From positions 7,766-71,765 of the forward strand of contig JAJVIK010000025.1 of assembly GCA_022072055.1 (NCBI GenBank): a stretch of DNA of 64,000 bases, in the 5' to 3' direction. The notes beneath the pieces were generated by a model. The model worked only from the letters and a program-made list of their open reading frames with translations, ran no database searches and was not told the origin of the DNA. A program made the translations under genes and the position numbers. Shown here one piece after another: positions 7,990-16,799 of this stretch (its first letter is position 1; the number at the start of each line of letters is the position of its first letter). Origin of the DNA: a bacterium. GTDB lineage: Bacteria; Hinthialibacterota; Hinthialibacteria; OLB16.

Positions 7990-10419
7990 CTACCGGAGCT
8001 GCTTCATTTGAATCGAATAAGCGGGGAGTGTCTCGCTCTCATTCCAGGGAAACTCGATTTGCGCCTCTTGATCGCGATAGTTGAGCATCACCAACCGTCC
8101 GTTCTCCAGCACGCTAAGGTGAACTCTTTCCGGATGACCGATCCGTAAGGCGGTTTGAGTCCACCGACTCAAGCGAGGATCATCCAGGAGGACTTGCTTC
8201 ACAAAATCGCCATACAGCGAGATCGGCTCCATGTCTCCCTTAAACCGGTAAAAGGCGCCCGAACCGGTGTCCCCTCTCGCCCAGGAACGGAAAAAGGTCG
8301 CCTCCCCATCCACGGTCTCGTAAGCTCCTCGCGGGTAGCTCGGACAGATCACGGTCCCTCCCGCATGAATCCATCGATTCAGTGTTTCCAACACATCCGC
8401 TTCCAGGATATTGCCCCAGCAGAACACCAGAACCTTGTACCGATCCAGAAACCCCGCGCGGATCAGGCGTTCATCCAGAAAATCGATATCCACCCGGCGA
8501 CGGATCTCCGCCGCGCGCGCATTGAAACCCCAGGCGTACAAGTGGCGGAAGCCGGAGTCATCGAGTTGATTGGAGGTTTCGGGGTAGTAGATCGCCACCT
8601 CCACGAGCGGGTCGGCGCGAAGGTCCAGGAGGGGATAGTCCCGAAGCCAGTTTCGGATGGAGAGCGGATCGCTGAATAGGACCCCGTGCCGCGTGTAAAG
8701 GTTGTCCACGTTGGCGGTGATGGCGTTGTAAAAGCGCGCGACTGTCCCGCGCGCGCTGTGGTATCCGGCCGGTTCCGATCCCAGCGCGATGTCATACAAC
8801 CGCGCGGCCGTGGCCGCCAACCGCGTGGCGTAGATGTTCTGCTCGAAGCTGTCGGTCTCATTGGTGAGCCGAATACCCCCGGAGACCTTCTTCATGGACT
8901 CGGCCTGGGAGCTGAAATCGGTCCCGGATTCACGGAACCCCCACCCCCCCGAGGACTGATAGATCCTGGTGTTGGGAAGCGCCTTGCGGGCTTCCTCGGC
9001 CCAGAACGCGCACCACTCGCTCATCGAGTCGGTGTACCAGGCGGTCATGTCCAGTCGAGCCCTTTTCGTTCGATAGGTTTCCGGCAAGCGCGGCGCGATT
9101 TCCTCGAAGGACGCGAAGGGTTCGCCCCAAGCCTCGCCGAGGCGCTCGATCGAACCGTATCGTCGCGCGAGGAAACGCCCGAACGACTCTCGCGCAAGAG
9201 GGTCTCCGGCCCACCAACCGATGTGGGCGTGCATCTTTCTTCCCTGATATCCCAGCACGCTTCCAGCGCCGGCGGGAAACTGCGCCTCGCCGAAATTCCC
9301 GCTCGGTCCGAGACGCACCGCCTCCAGGATTCCCTTACCCTCGTAGCGCTTCCCAAACGCTTCCAGGACTCTGGAAACATGACGGCGGTTCGCGGTGTTC
9401 CAAATGCTCGGCACATCATTGGCTTGGCCATGCTCGAGACAGACCAGCCCGGTGTTCTCCGCGCTCTCGTAATACCAGCTCGGGAGCGAATAACCCGAGG
9501 TGATGACCAGATTGGGGAACCATCGGAGCCCACGAGCGCGGATGGCCTCGACAATCTGGTCGTAATGCGAGAAATCAAACTCGCGCTCGCGCGGTTCGAG
9601 CATGTCCCAGCGCACAAAGCATTCGACCGAGGTGAAACCCAGGAGCCTCGCCAAGGGGACATATTCGCGGACATTGGCGAGAGAGTTCGCGAGCGAGGGG
9701 GGATTTCCGATGTCCTCGATTCCCACCGTGCAGGTGATTTCCATCGGACGCTCCAGGCGGACCAACGGCTCCACCTGAATCGGAACCGAATCCTCCGCTT
9801 CTTTCCACTCCGCCTCGGGGAGTTGAGGATAAGCCCATATGGAAACCAACCCTTGAAGACCGGAAATCCTCAGGTGGGTCAGGCCGGGAGCGACCCACTC
9901 CAGGGCCGGGACTTCAAACTCGAAGAGCGCCCTTCGGAGCTGATGGGTGTTCAATCGGGTGAACGAGACCCTCCGGGTCGGCTCGCTCCACTCGCCACTC
10001 GGATGGTTGTCGCGCGGGAGCAAGGGCCGGATCACTCCCGCTCCTTCATCCGCGTGGTCGATCGCCAGAACCAAGCGGTCCCAATCCTTAAGAAACCCTT
10101 CCTTGAACCGAAATCGCCATTCGGACTGCTGGTAGGGATCGGTGCTTTCCATGATGTCGAGCGCGGCGACACCCTCCCCCCGCGCCTGCCGGATCTGTTC
10201 AGGGTTGAGCAGCTCCGCCGCCGATTCCGGATCGGGAGTGGAAGCGAACAGTAAGACCGGCTTGGCCAGAGCCGTGGGGGCCTCTTGAGCAAAACCCCTC
10301 ACATCCCCTTGAAAGGAGAGCAAGAGCGGAAGGAGAACGACAAGCAGGTTGGGGAACAGGCTCGGTCGGTTGCGCGGAATCGGTTTGCGAGGGAAGCGAC
10401 CGCTCGGCGGGAAGCTCAT
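7990..10419 (-). CDS. Secreted glycoside hydrolase, GH14/GH42-like TIM barrel with a C-terminal trimerisation-type domain
   Basis: VRWDMLEPREREFDFSHYD, RLGPSGNFGEAQFP (compare beta-amylase GP.GELRYP) and DERLIRAGFLDRYKVLVF. Hydrophobic signal; ATGA coupling to the upstream gene. Confidence 0.7.
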   Translation of the reverse strand: MSFPPSGRFPRKPIPRNRPSLFPNLLVVLLPLLLSFQGDVRGFAQEAPTALAKPVLLFASTPDPESAAELLNPEQIRQARGEGVAALDIMESTDPYQQSEWRFRFKEGFLKDWDRLVLAIDHADEGAGVIRPLLPRDNHPSGEWSEPTRRVSFTRLNTHQLRRALFEFEVPALEWVAPGLTHLRISGLQGLVSIWAYPQLPEAEWKEAEDSVPIQVEPLVRLERPMEITCTVGIEDIGNPPSLANSLANVREYVPLARLLGFTSVECFVRWDMLEPREREFDFSHYDQIVEAIRARGLRWFPNLVITSGYSLPSWYYESAENTGLVCLEHGQANDVPSIWNTANRRHVSRVLEAFGKRYEGKGILEAVRLGPSGNFGEAQFPAGAGSVLGYQGRKMHAHIGWWAGDPLARESFGRFLARRYGSIERLGEAWGEPFASFEEIAPRLPETYRTKRARLDMTAWYTDSMSEWCAFWAEEARKALPNTRIYQSSGGWGFRESGTDFSSQAESMKKVSGGIRLTNETDSFEQNIYATRLAATAARLYDIALGSEPAGYHSARGTVARFYNAITANVDNLYTRHGVLFSDPLSIRNWLRDYPLLDLRADPLVEVAIYYPETSNQLDDSGFRHLYAWGFNARAAEIRRRVDIDFLDERLIRAGFLDRYKVLVFCWGNILEADVLETLNRWIHAGGTVICPSYPRGAYETVDGEATFFRSWARGDTGSGAFYRFKGDMEPISLYGDFVKQVLLDDPRLSRWTQTALRIGHPERVHLSVLENGRLVMLNYRDQEAQIEFPWNESETLPAYSIQMKQLR

Positions 10420-11345
10420 GGATTGGGAAACCAGCCCTTGAGGAAATCCTGTTCGGTTCCCTGATAGTAGGCTTCGGCCAGATGCTCAATCCCCTGCTGG
10501 TTCCCCCAGGAATAGTAGATCACCAATCGTCCGTTGTGTTCACAGAAGTCAATGTCGGAGTTGTTCAGGTTGACCGCCTGGGCGATCCGTTCCCTCTGAT
10601 CCGCACTGAGCTTGGGATTGGCCGCCTTTCGGTCTTCCTCGGAGTGATGCAGAACCGGGTTCAGCGGGCTGCTTTCCCAGTGGATCAGGTCCTTTGAGCG
10701 GACCACGCGCATCTCATAGAAGCCGGGGCCGGCCTCCAAGTAAAAATCAAAATACCACCCATCGAGCCAGCGAAGACAGTGAGGGGCGGTATAACGGTCC
10801 TTGGCGTAGTTGCACTCGGGCGGGGTCAAGTTCCAACGGACAAGATCGGATGATTCCAAAAATCGCGCGGTGAAGGCGGCGCCCGCCTGATCCGCCGGTT
10901 TATCGATCTCAAACATGAGGACATACTTGCCGTCGGCCTTGCACAGCGAGGTGTTGAAAATCCCCCACTCCGGGCCTCCGTGCACGCTCCGGGTTTCCCA
11001 ATGCTCAAGGTCCCTGGAAACGAACAGGTCGATCCGATCCCCGCTGTCGCTCTTGAGGGTTCCGGTCACATAAGCCGTGTCGTTTTCGACAAAGGCGCTC
11101 CCAAACATGTAGCCCTTGGCGAACGGGGGAGTGGCGGTCTGCCTTTCAACATCCACCAGTCGGAAGTGGTTTCCGATTTCGTTGCCGCTGTAATTCGCGC
11201 GGACCCACTCGAAGCGGTATAGATGACCCTTAAAAACCACAGGCGTGGTTTCAACCAGGTCGCAATCAATCGTGCCCATCTTCACAATCTCCGGTTGGGC
11301 GACCGCCGAGGCGCAAAGCAGAAGCGCGAGTGTGAAGGCTTTCAT
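10416..11345 (-). CDS. Secreted five-bladed beta-propeller glycosidase-like protein (GH32/43/130-like fold)
   Basis: Signal MKAFTLALLLCASAVA; ETTPVVFKG; repeated SxDLxxW blades (SRDLEHW, SSDLVRW, SKDLIHW). Confidence 0.65.
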   Translation of the reverse strand: MKAFTLALLLCASAVAQPEIVKMGTIDCDLVETTPVVFKGHLYRFEWVRANYSGNEIGNHFRLVDVERQTATPPFAKGYMFGSAFVENDTAYVTGTLKSDSGDRIDLFVSRDLEHWETRSVHGGPEWGIFNTSLCKADGKYVLMFEIDKPADQAGAAFTARFLESSDLVRWNLTPPECNYAKDRYTAPHCLRWLDGWYFDFYLEAGPGFYEMRVVRSKDLIHWESSPLNPVLHHSEEDRKAANPKLSADQRERIAQAVNLNNSDIDFCEHNGRLVIYYSWGNQQGIEHLAEAYYQGTEQDFLKGWFPNP

Positions 11346-12304
11346 TTGAATGTGTTCGCCTGCGCGAGCGGCGGCTCCCCATTCAGCGCTCGAATCAGGT
11401 TTTCCACGGCCATGCCCGCTTGACGGACCACGCTTTCAAAGGTTCGGGAGCCGATGTGGGGGGTGAGCACCACATTCTCGATCCCGATCAACGGATTGTC
11501 CGGAGCGATCGGTTCGGGTTCGACCACATCCGCCCCATACCCGCCGAGCCTGCCGGATTTGACCGCCTCGGCCACATCCCGCTCGTGGATGAGCGCCCCG
11601 CGCGAGGTGTTGATGACCACGGCGCCTTCCTTCATCAGCGCGATCCGCGAGGCGTTGAGGAATTCCCGATTATCATGGGTGAGGTTCATGTGCAGCGCCA
11701 CGATGTCCGCTTCCTGGAGCGCCTCCTCGGCGGTGGCGCGCCGCTCCACCTCATGCTGCTTGGCAAAGGCCTCGTCCCAAAAGGGGTCGAAGGCGATTAC
11801 CCTCATCTCAAAGGCCCGCGCCCGCTTGGCCACTTCCTTGCCGATTCGCCCAAGGCCGAGGATGCCGAGGGTCTTTCCGAGCAGCTCATGGCCGGTCATT
11901 CGTTTCCACTTACCCTGGTGGACCAAGGCGTTCTGCTGAGGGATCTGACGATAGAGAGACAGCATCAACCCGAACGAATGCTCGGCGACCGTGGTGTGGT
12001 TGACCCCCGGGCAGTAGGTCACCGGGATGCGCAGGTCGGTCGCGGCCTGCAGATCGATCTTGTCCACTCCAATGCCATACTTGGACAAAACCTTCAGGCG
12101 CGGCAGGGACTTCTCCAGCACCTTGCGTGTGAAGGCGTCATCCCCGCACAGGATGGCGTCATATTCGCCCACCAGCTCCAGCATCCGCGCCTCGGGGAGC
12201 GGACCGCGCTCACGGTCGATCTCAAAGCCCTGGGAGGCCAGCCGCTCATGGTGGGGGCCGGGGGTGTCTTGAAAAGAAGTGGTGGTGACAAGGACGCGAG
12301 TCAT
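11342..12304 (-). CDS. D-2-hydroxyacid dehydrogenase (phosphoglycerate dehydrogenase-like, no ACT domain)
   Basis: MTRVLVTT start at 12304; GIGVDKID, GLGRIG, INTSRG, DVVEPEP and TPHIG. Confidence 0.9.
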   Translation of the reverse strand: MTRVLVTTTSFQDTPGPHHERLASQGFEIDRERGPLPEARMLELVGEYDAILCGDDAFTRKVLEKSLPRLKVLSKYGIGVDKIDLQAATDLRIPVTYCPGVNHTTVAEHSFGLMLSLYRQIPQQNALVHQGKWKRMTGHELLGKTLGILGLGRIGKEVAKRARAFEMRVIAFDPFWDEAFAKQHEVERRATAEEALQEADIVALHMNLTHDNREFLNASRIALMKEGAVVINTSRGALIHERDVAEAVKSGRLGGYGADVVEPEPIAPDNPLIGIENVVLTPHIGSRTFESVVRQAGMAVENLIRALNGEPPLAQANTFK

Positions 12305-12341
12305 GGCGGGCAACCTCCGAGAACGGGACGAGGCGAGTGTA

Positions 12342-13019
12342 TCAGCCTTCGGGGCCGCGGTTGGTGGTGACAATGTCCCCCACTGAGCGAACCCCATTGG
12401 TGGGACTGTAAATCGGCGAAGAGGGAATGTAAGTCCGGGTACCCAAGGTCAGCCAGCCGTTTTCCCAGTCGTAGTTCGGTCCGAGGTCCGGCCCCATGCT
12501 GATCATCACATACCCAAGGCCATACCGCTTGGCGGTCTCGTAGGAAAAACTCCCGGGACCGTTCCCTTGATGGCGAGGGGTTGAGTACTCGAAGAAAGCC
12601 AGTTTCTTGTTCCCCGGGATGGCCGAACGGTCGGTGCGTCCAATGAACGGCTCGAAGCAAAACTCCTTCATGTAAGCGATTGGCGTGGTCAGCATCATGT
12701 AGGTGCAAATCTCGCTGTCGCACGGGTTCAAGTAAGGCAGACGTCTCCACATGTCTTTCCAGGTCCAAAAACTTCCCGGCACACGCTCGTTTCCGTCCAC
12801 ATCCGGGGCGTAATAGCGAAAGTCGGCGTGGTAGGCCTCGTTGGCGGTTCGAATCGTCCGCTGGCAGCCGCGCACATCGGCCACCTTGGCGCGCAGCTGC
12901 GCGCTGAGGAAATTGGGCAATGCGATCGCGATCAAGATCAGGATGATGGCGATCACGATCAACAGCTCGATCAGGGTGAAACCGGGTTTGTCGGACAGTC
13001 GTCTTAGAGACCGTAACAC
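12342..13019 (-). CDS. Prepilin-type N-terminal cleavage/methylation domain protein
   Basis: G|FTLIELLIVIAIILILIAIALPNFL; C-terminal YSPTNG.RS.GDI; GTG start with AGGAGG upstream. Confidence 0.9.
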   Translation of the reverse strand: MLRSLRRLSDKPGFTLIELLIVIAIILILIAIALPNFLSAQLRAKVADVRGCQRTIRTANEAYHADFRYYAPDVDGNERVPGSFWTWKDMWRRLPYLNPCDSEICTYMMLTTPIAYMKEFCFEPFIGRTDRSAIPGNKKLAFFEYSTPRHQGNGPGSFSYETAKRYGLGYVMISMGPDLGPNYDWENGWLTLGTRTYIPSSPIYSPTNGVRSVGDIVTTNRGPEG

Positions 13020-13047
13020 GGGGGGAGCCTCCTAAATCTGGTCGAAT

Positions 13048-13077
13048 AAAATACTCTTCTCCCGGGGGGACCGTCAA
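13048..13077 (-). promoter_or_regulatory. Putative sigma70 promoter of the prepilin gene
   Basis: TTGACG-18 nt-TATTTT on the minus strand, about 30 nt ahead of the start. Confidence 0.4.
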
Positions 13078-13152
13078 TCGAAAAAGAAGCCGACTTCGGC
13101 TATTCGTTTCCCTGTTCGCGCGGACGGTTTTTGATACCTTTCCGGCGAAATC

Positions 13153-14160
13153 ATGAAGACCCTTGTCCGGATCGCCCTTCTGACCCTGTCGCTTGCGACC
13201 GCGTTTGCCGCCATGGGGCAGACCGAGACCCCCAGTCCCACCCTGACCCTGGGCGCAACGATCACCGCCACTTGGACCCCCACCGTGACTCCAACGCCGA
13301 TTGTCCTGGGGTTCAATCCGGACCTCGACCAGGATGGTCAAATCGACCCGGATGACATCCTCTTACTGATTCGGGTCTGGCAAATTCGGGATTTCCTGGT
13401 TGTGACCCCCACGGCAACTCCGCCGTTTGTCGAGGCGCGAGGCTTTGTCACCTCCGCCTCGGACAGCCAGGTCCTCGCGGGCGCCTCGATCCTTGCCGGG
13501 ACCGCGTCCGCGACCACCAACCTCAACGGCCTTTTTGAACTGGCCATGGTGCGGTCCGACTCCACGTTGCTCAGAGCGGGGAAGGAGGGCTTTCAGGTCC
13601 TGACAGTCCCCTTCGTGGTTCAGTTCCCGGTTGTCCTGTTTAACCTGTCGCTTTATCCCGTGGGTTTCCCCACACGGACAACCACGGCCACGCCCACCGG
13701 GACCCTGGCCGCAACCGCGACGCCGACCCCAAGCGGGGGAACGCTCACGCGGACCCCTACATCCACCCGAACGCTCACTCGCACCCCCTCGCCCTCCGCC
13801 ACCCCCACCCGAACTCGAACCCGGACCGTGACCCGCACGCCGACTCCGGTTCAGCTCCTCGGAACCTGGAACGGTGATCTGAACGGCTCGCTCTTCAACG
13901 GCACCGACCTGGTCTGGACAGTCACCAGCGGGACCCAGGCCACCGCGCAGATCGGGAAGCCCAATCCCATCGCCGTCTTCTCCGGAACTTACACGATCTC
14001 GGGCGGCAGCTCGGTCAGTTACAACGGCGCGGATGGGGCCGGCGACCTGCACCTGCAGATGACCTGGGATGGAGCGGACGCGATGTTTAACGCCACCTTT
14101 TCGACCACCATCGAGGGCTTCGGCTCCGACAGTGGAACGGTCACCAACTTCACGCGATGA
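13153..14160 (+). CDS. Secreted protein with a dockerin-like/EF-hand motif, carboxypeptidase-regulatory-like domain, Thr/Pro linkers and a C-terminal beta domain
   Basis: Signal peptide; NPDLDQDGQIDPDDILLLIRVW; GFVT....QVLAGASI....ATTNLNGLFEL; long TPT/TRT repeat. Confidence 0.75.
   Translation: MKTLVRIALLTLSLATAFAAMGQTETPSPTLTLGATITATWTPTVTPTPIVLGFNPDLDQDGQIDPDDILLLIRVWQIRDFLVVTPTATPPFVEARGFVTSASDSQVLAGASILAGTASATTNLNGLFELAMVRSDSTLLRAGKEGFQVLTVPFVVQFPVVLFNLSLYPVGFPTRTTTATPTGTLAATATPTPSGGTLTRTPTSTRTLTRTPSPSATPTRTRTRTVTRTPTPVQLLGTWNGDLNGSLFNGTDLVWTVTSGTQATAQIGKPNPIAVFSGTYTISGGSSVSYNGADGAGDLHLQMTWDGADAMFNATFSTTIEGFGSDSGTVTNFTR
13675..13850 (+). repeat. Low-complexity Thr/Pro/Arg linker-coding repeat
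   Basis: Encodes TTTATPTGTLAATATPTPSGGTLTRTPTSTRTLTRTPSPSATPTRTRTRTVTRTPTP. Confidence 0.8.
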
Positions 14161-14639
14161 ATCCCGACCTCAGCGAACTGCGGATTACAGGAGAGGCGCT
14201 TGAGCGGATGCTTGAGCACTTCCGCCGGGAGCTTCCTCGCGAGGGTTGTGGATTTCTCGCGGGCAGGGGGGGCCTCGCGCACCGCTTCTACCCGATTCAC
14301 AACATCAATCCGGACCTACGCCGCTTTCTGATGGACCCGCTTCATGCCCACCGAACAGAGGTTTCCATCCTCCGGCGTGGGCAGAGGATCCTCGGCATCT
14401 GTCACTCGCACCCGGAGGGTGAATGCGTCCCCTCGCGCTGGGACATTTCCGGTTCGTTTTTTGACGCGGACCTGCGGCTGCCGATGTGGATCGAGGAGGT
14501 CCAAGTCATTGCCCTTATGGTCCCCACCGAAAACCCGGTGGTGCGTGGCTTCCGGATCGAGGCGGGGGGCAAGGTGACCGAGGTTCCGCTGCGAATCGAG
14601 GAGTCCGAACCATTGGCATCCGGAGCGGAAGTGGGGTAA
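14157..14639 (+). CDS. JAB/MPN+ (M67) metallo-isopeptidase
   Basis: Catalytic Glu in EGCGFL plus the HxH-x7-S-x2-D motif (HSHPEGECVPSRWD). Confidence 0.88.
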   Translation: MNPDLSELRITGEALERMLEHFRRELPREGCGFLAGRGGLAHRFYPIHNINPDLRRFLMDPLHAHRTEVSILRRGQRILGICHSHPEGECVPSRWDISGSFFDADLRLPMWIEEVQVIALMVPTENPVVRGFRIEAGGKVTEVPLRIEESEPLASGAEVG

Positions 14640-14717
14640 CCTTCGGGGAGTGGCTCCCACGGTCCGCACGGGACCGGTCACTCGGGAGCTGCAACGTTCC
14701 ATTGGGGGGAATGGATC

Positions 14718-15926
14718 ATGGCTTCCAGGCTACTCGCCGGGTGTCTCGCGCTGTTGTTGTTCCTCACCCTGATCGGTGGGGGCGTTCTGTATTTTCTTCA
14801 GTACCAGCAGAAGGTGGCGGTGGATCAGGCCCACACCCGCGCCCTCGAGCTCTACCACCAGACCAAGCGTCCCAAGAACACGGACATAGATCCCGCCAAG
14901 CGCGCCGAGGCGCTCGCGGTCTGGCGGAATGAGGTGATCCCCAAGGGGGGACGGAAGCCCTTTGTGGCCGAAGCGCTCTACCTGGTCGCCCAGAACATCG
15001 CCGAAACCGAACCCGACACCGCGCGCGATTATTACCAGCGGATTGTGAATGAATTCCCCGAGAGCGACCGTCACGGCGAGGCCACCGCCAAGCTCGCCGG
15101 GTTCCGATTGCGCACCAACCCTGAAGAGGCCAAGACTCTCTATTCCAAGGTGCTGGACGCCTCCGGGGACCAGAATCTCAAGGCCGAGGCGCTATGGGGC
15201 ATGATCCGCGTGGAGGATAATCCCGAGGAAACCCCCTCCGCGGAGATCCGCGAGCGCTACCAGGAGATCATTGTCCAGTATCCGGATTCCGAGGCCGCCG
15301 GGAAGGCGCGCGAGCGCCTCAACGCCGTGCACCGTCAAATGATCTTCGAGGACCCGAACCCGAACGAGTTCAAGAAGGTTCACATCATCAGCAAAGGCGA
15401 AAACCTGCTCAAGATCGCCAACGCTTATGAAACCACGGTTTACATCATCGAGATGCTCAATGGCGTGTCCTCAACCAGTCTGCGCCAGAACCAGCAGATC
15501 CTGGTCCCCACCTGGGGCAAGGTCCTCGCGGTGGTGGACAAGTCGGACTATGAGCTGCGGGTCTATCGGGATTCGGATAAGCACTTCCTGATCCAGTATA
15601 AGGTGGGGATCGGCGAGAAGGAGTGGAAGACCAAGCGCGGCGAATACATCATCACCAACAAACAGAAGCATCCCCCCTGGCCTGATCCCAAGACCGGGAA
15701 GATGCTCAAGTACGAGGACCCGGAATACCCGCTTGGAGAGCGCTGGTTGGGACTCTCTCCGCCCAACAATCCGAACGCGCGCACCGGACTCGGCATCCAC
15801 GGCACCAACCAGCCGGAGACCATCGGGACTTCCTCCAGCGCGGGCTGTGTCCGTCTCACCAACGAGGATGTCATCGAGGCCTTCGCGGTCCTGCGCGAGA
15901 AGTCGAGGGTGATTATCCAGGAATAG
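14718..15926 (+). CDS. L,D-transpeptidase with an N-terminal TM anchor, TPR repeats, LysM and YkuD domains
   Basis: TM at residues 5-27; YQRIVNEFPES and YQEIIVQYPDSEAA TPRs; HIISKGENLLKIANAY..LN LysM; GIHGTNQPETIGTSSSAGCVRL. Confidence 0.9.
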   Translation: MASRLLAGCLALLLFLTLIGGGVLYFLQYQQKVAVDQAHTRALELYHQTKRPKNTDIDPAKRAEALAVWRNEVIPKGGRKPFVAEALYLVAQNIAETEPDTARDYYQRIVNEFPESDRHGEATAKLAGFRLRTNPEEAKTLYSKVLDASGDQNLKAEALWGMIRVEDNPEETPSAEIRERYQEIIVQYPDSEAAGKARERLNAVHRQMIFEDPNPNEFKKVHIISKGENLLKIANAYETTVYIIEMLNGVSSTSLRQNQQILVPTWGKVLAVVDKSDYELRVYRDSDKHFLIQYKVGIGEKEWKTKRGEYIITNKQKHPPWPDPKTGKMLKYEDPEYPLGERWLGLSPPNNPNARTGLGIHGTNQPETIGTSSSAGCVRLTNEDVIEAFAVLREKSRVIIQE

Positions 15927-16785
15927 AGAGGATCCGGGCCGCCTCGAGGAGAGCCCTCTCCACCGAGGGCCATCTCTCCGTTTCGTCGGGCGCGAGGAAT
16001 CGCGCCCGGGGACCCCAGGGGGCCCACATGCGAGGATCAGTCGGTCCGAAGATTGTCAGGGTGCGTAGCCCCATCAGCGCCGCCAAGTGCCCCGGGCCGC
16101 TGTCGTTCCCCACAAACAAATTCTCCGCTCGGAAGAGCCGCGCAAGGGCCAGAGGATCATCCGGCTGATCGACCGCGATGCCATGCGCGGCGATGGTTTC
16201 CACCCATCCCGCCTCCGCTTCCCCCACCAAGAACCTCACTTCCATCTGTTCCTGGCGGAGTGTCTCGCCGAGGGCCAAGAACCTCTCCAACGGCCAGCGC
16301 TTAAACTCCCCGCCGCCACCCGGATGCATCCAGATCCGATTCTCCACATCATCCCGCCGCCAATCTAAGAGGATCGCCAACGGGGCGCTCTTGGGGTGGG
16401 CGAGGGTGACCCCCAGTGACAAGGCCAGATGATCGGCGACGTGGATTCCCGAACCCGGATCGGGGGCAGGGGGATGGATACGAACCGCAAGCCTCTTCGG
16501 AAGCGAGTCTGGAAGACGGTCGAAGAAGGATTCGATGGCGCACCGCTCCGGGTCTTCGACCGAACCTTGCTCGGCAAGAACGCCCAGGACTCCCTCCGGC
16601 GAGCTCATCCACCTGTCCAACGACCATGTGCGCGAGACCAAGCCGGCCGCGCGCAACGGCTCCAGGCGTTCCGGATAGCCCACGAGGTGGATCGATCTCT
16701 CTCCGGCCTCGCGCAGCGCCGCGAGCGCGGGCGCAAGCAGAACGGTGTCGCCCAAACCGCCCGGGCGGATGATCAGGCGCGGCAT
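15913..16785 (-). CDS. GT9 glycosyltransferase (heptosyltransferase-like)
   Basis: RPGGLGD, HPGGGGEFKRWP, FVGNDSGPGHLAA and TIFGPTDP..WAP. Confidence 0.9.
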   Translation of the reverse strand: MPRLIIRPGGLGDTVLLAPALAALREAGERSIHLVGYPERLEPLRAAGLVSRTWSLDRWMSSPEGVLGVLAEQGSVEDPERCAIESFFDRLPDSLPKRLAVRIHPPAPDPGSGIHVADHLALSLGVTLAHPKSAPLAILLDWRRDDVENRIWMHPGGGGEFKRWPLERFLALGETLRQEQMEVRFLVGEAEAGWVETIAAHGIAVDQPDDPLALARLFRAENLFVGNDSGPGHLAALMGLRTLTIFGPTDPRMWAPWGPRARFLAPDETERWPSVERALLEAARILSIPG

Positions 16786-16799
16786 CCCTCAAGTCCGCC

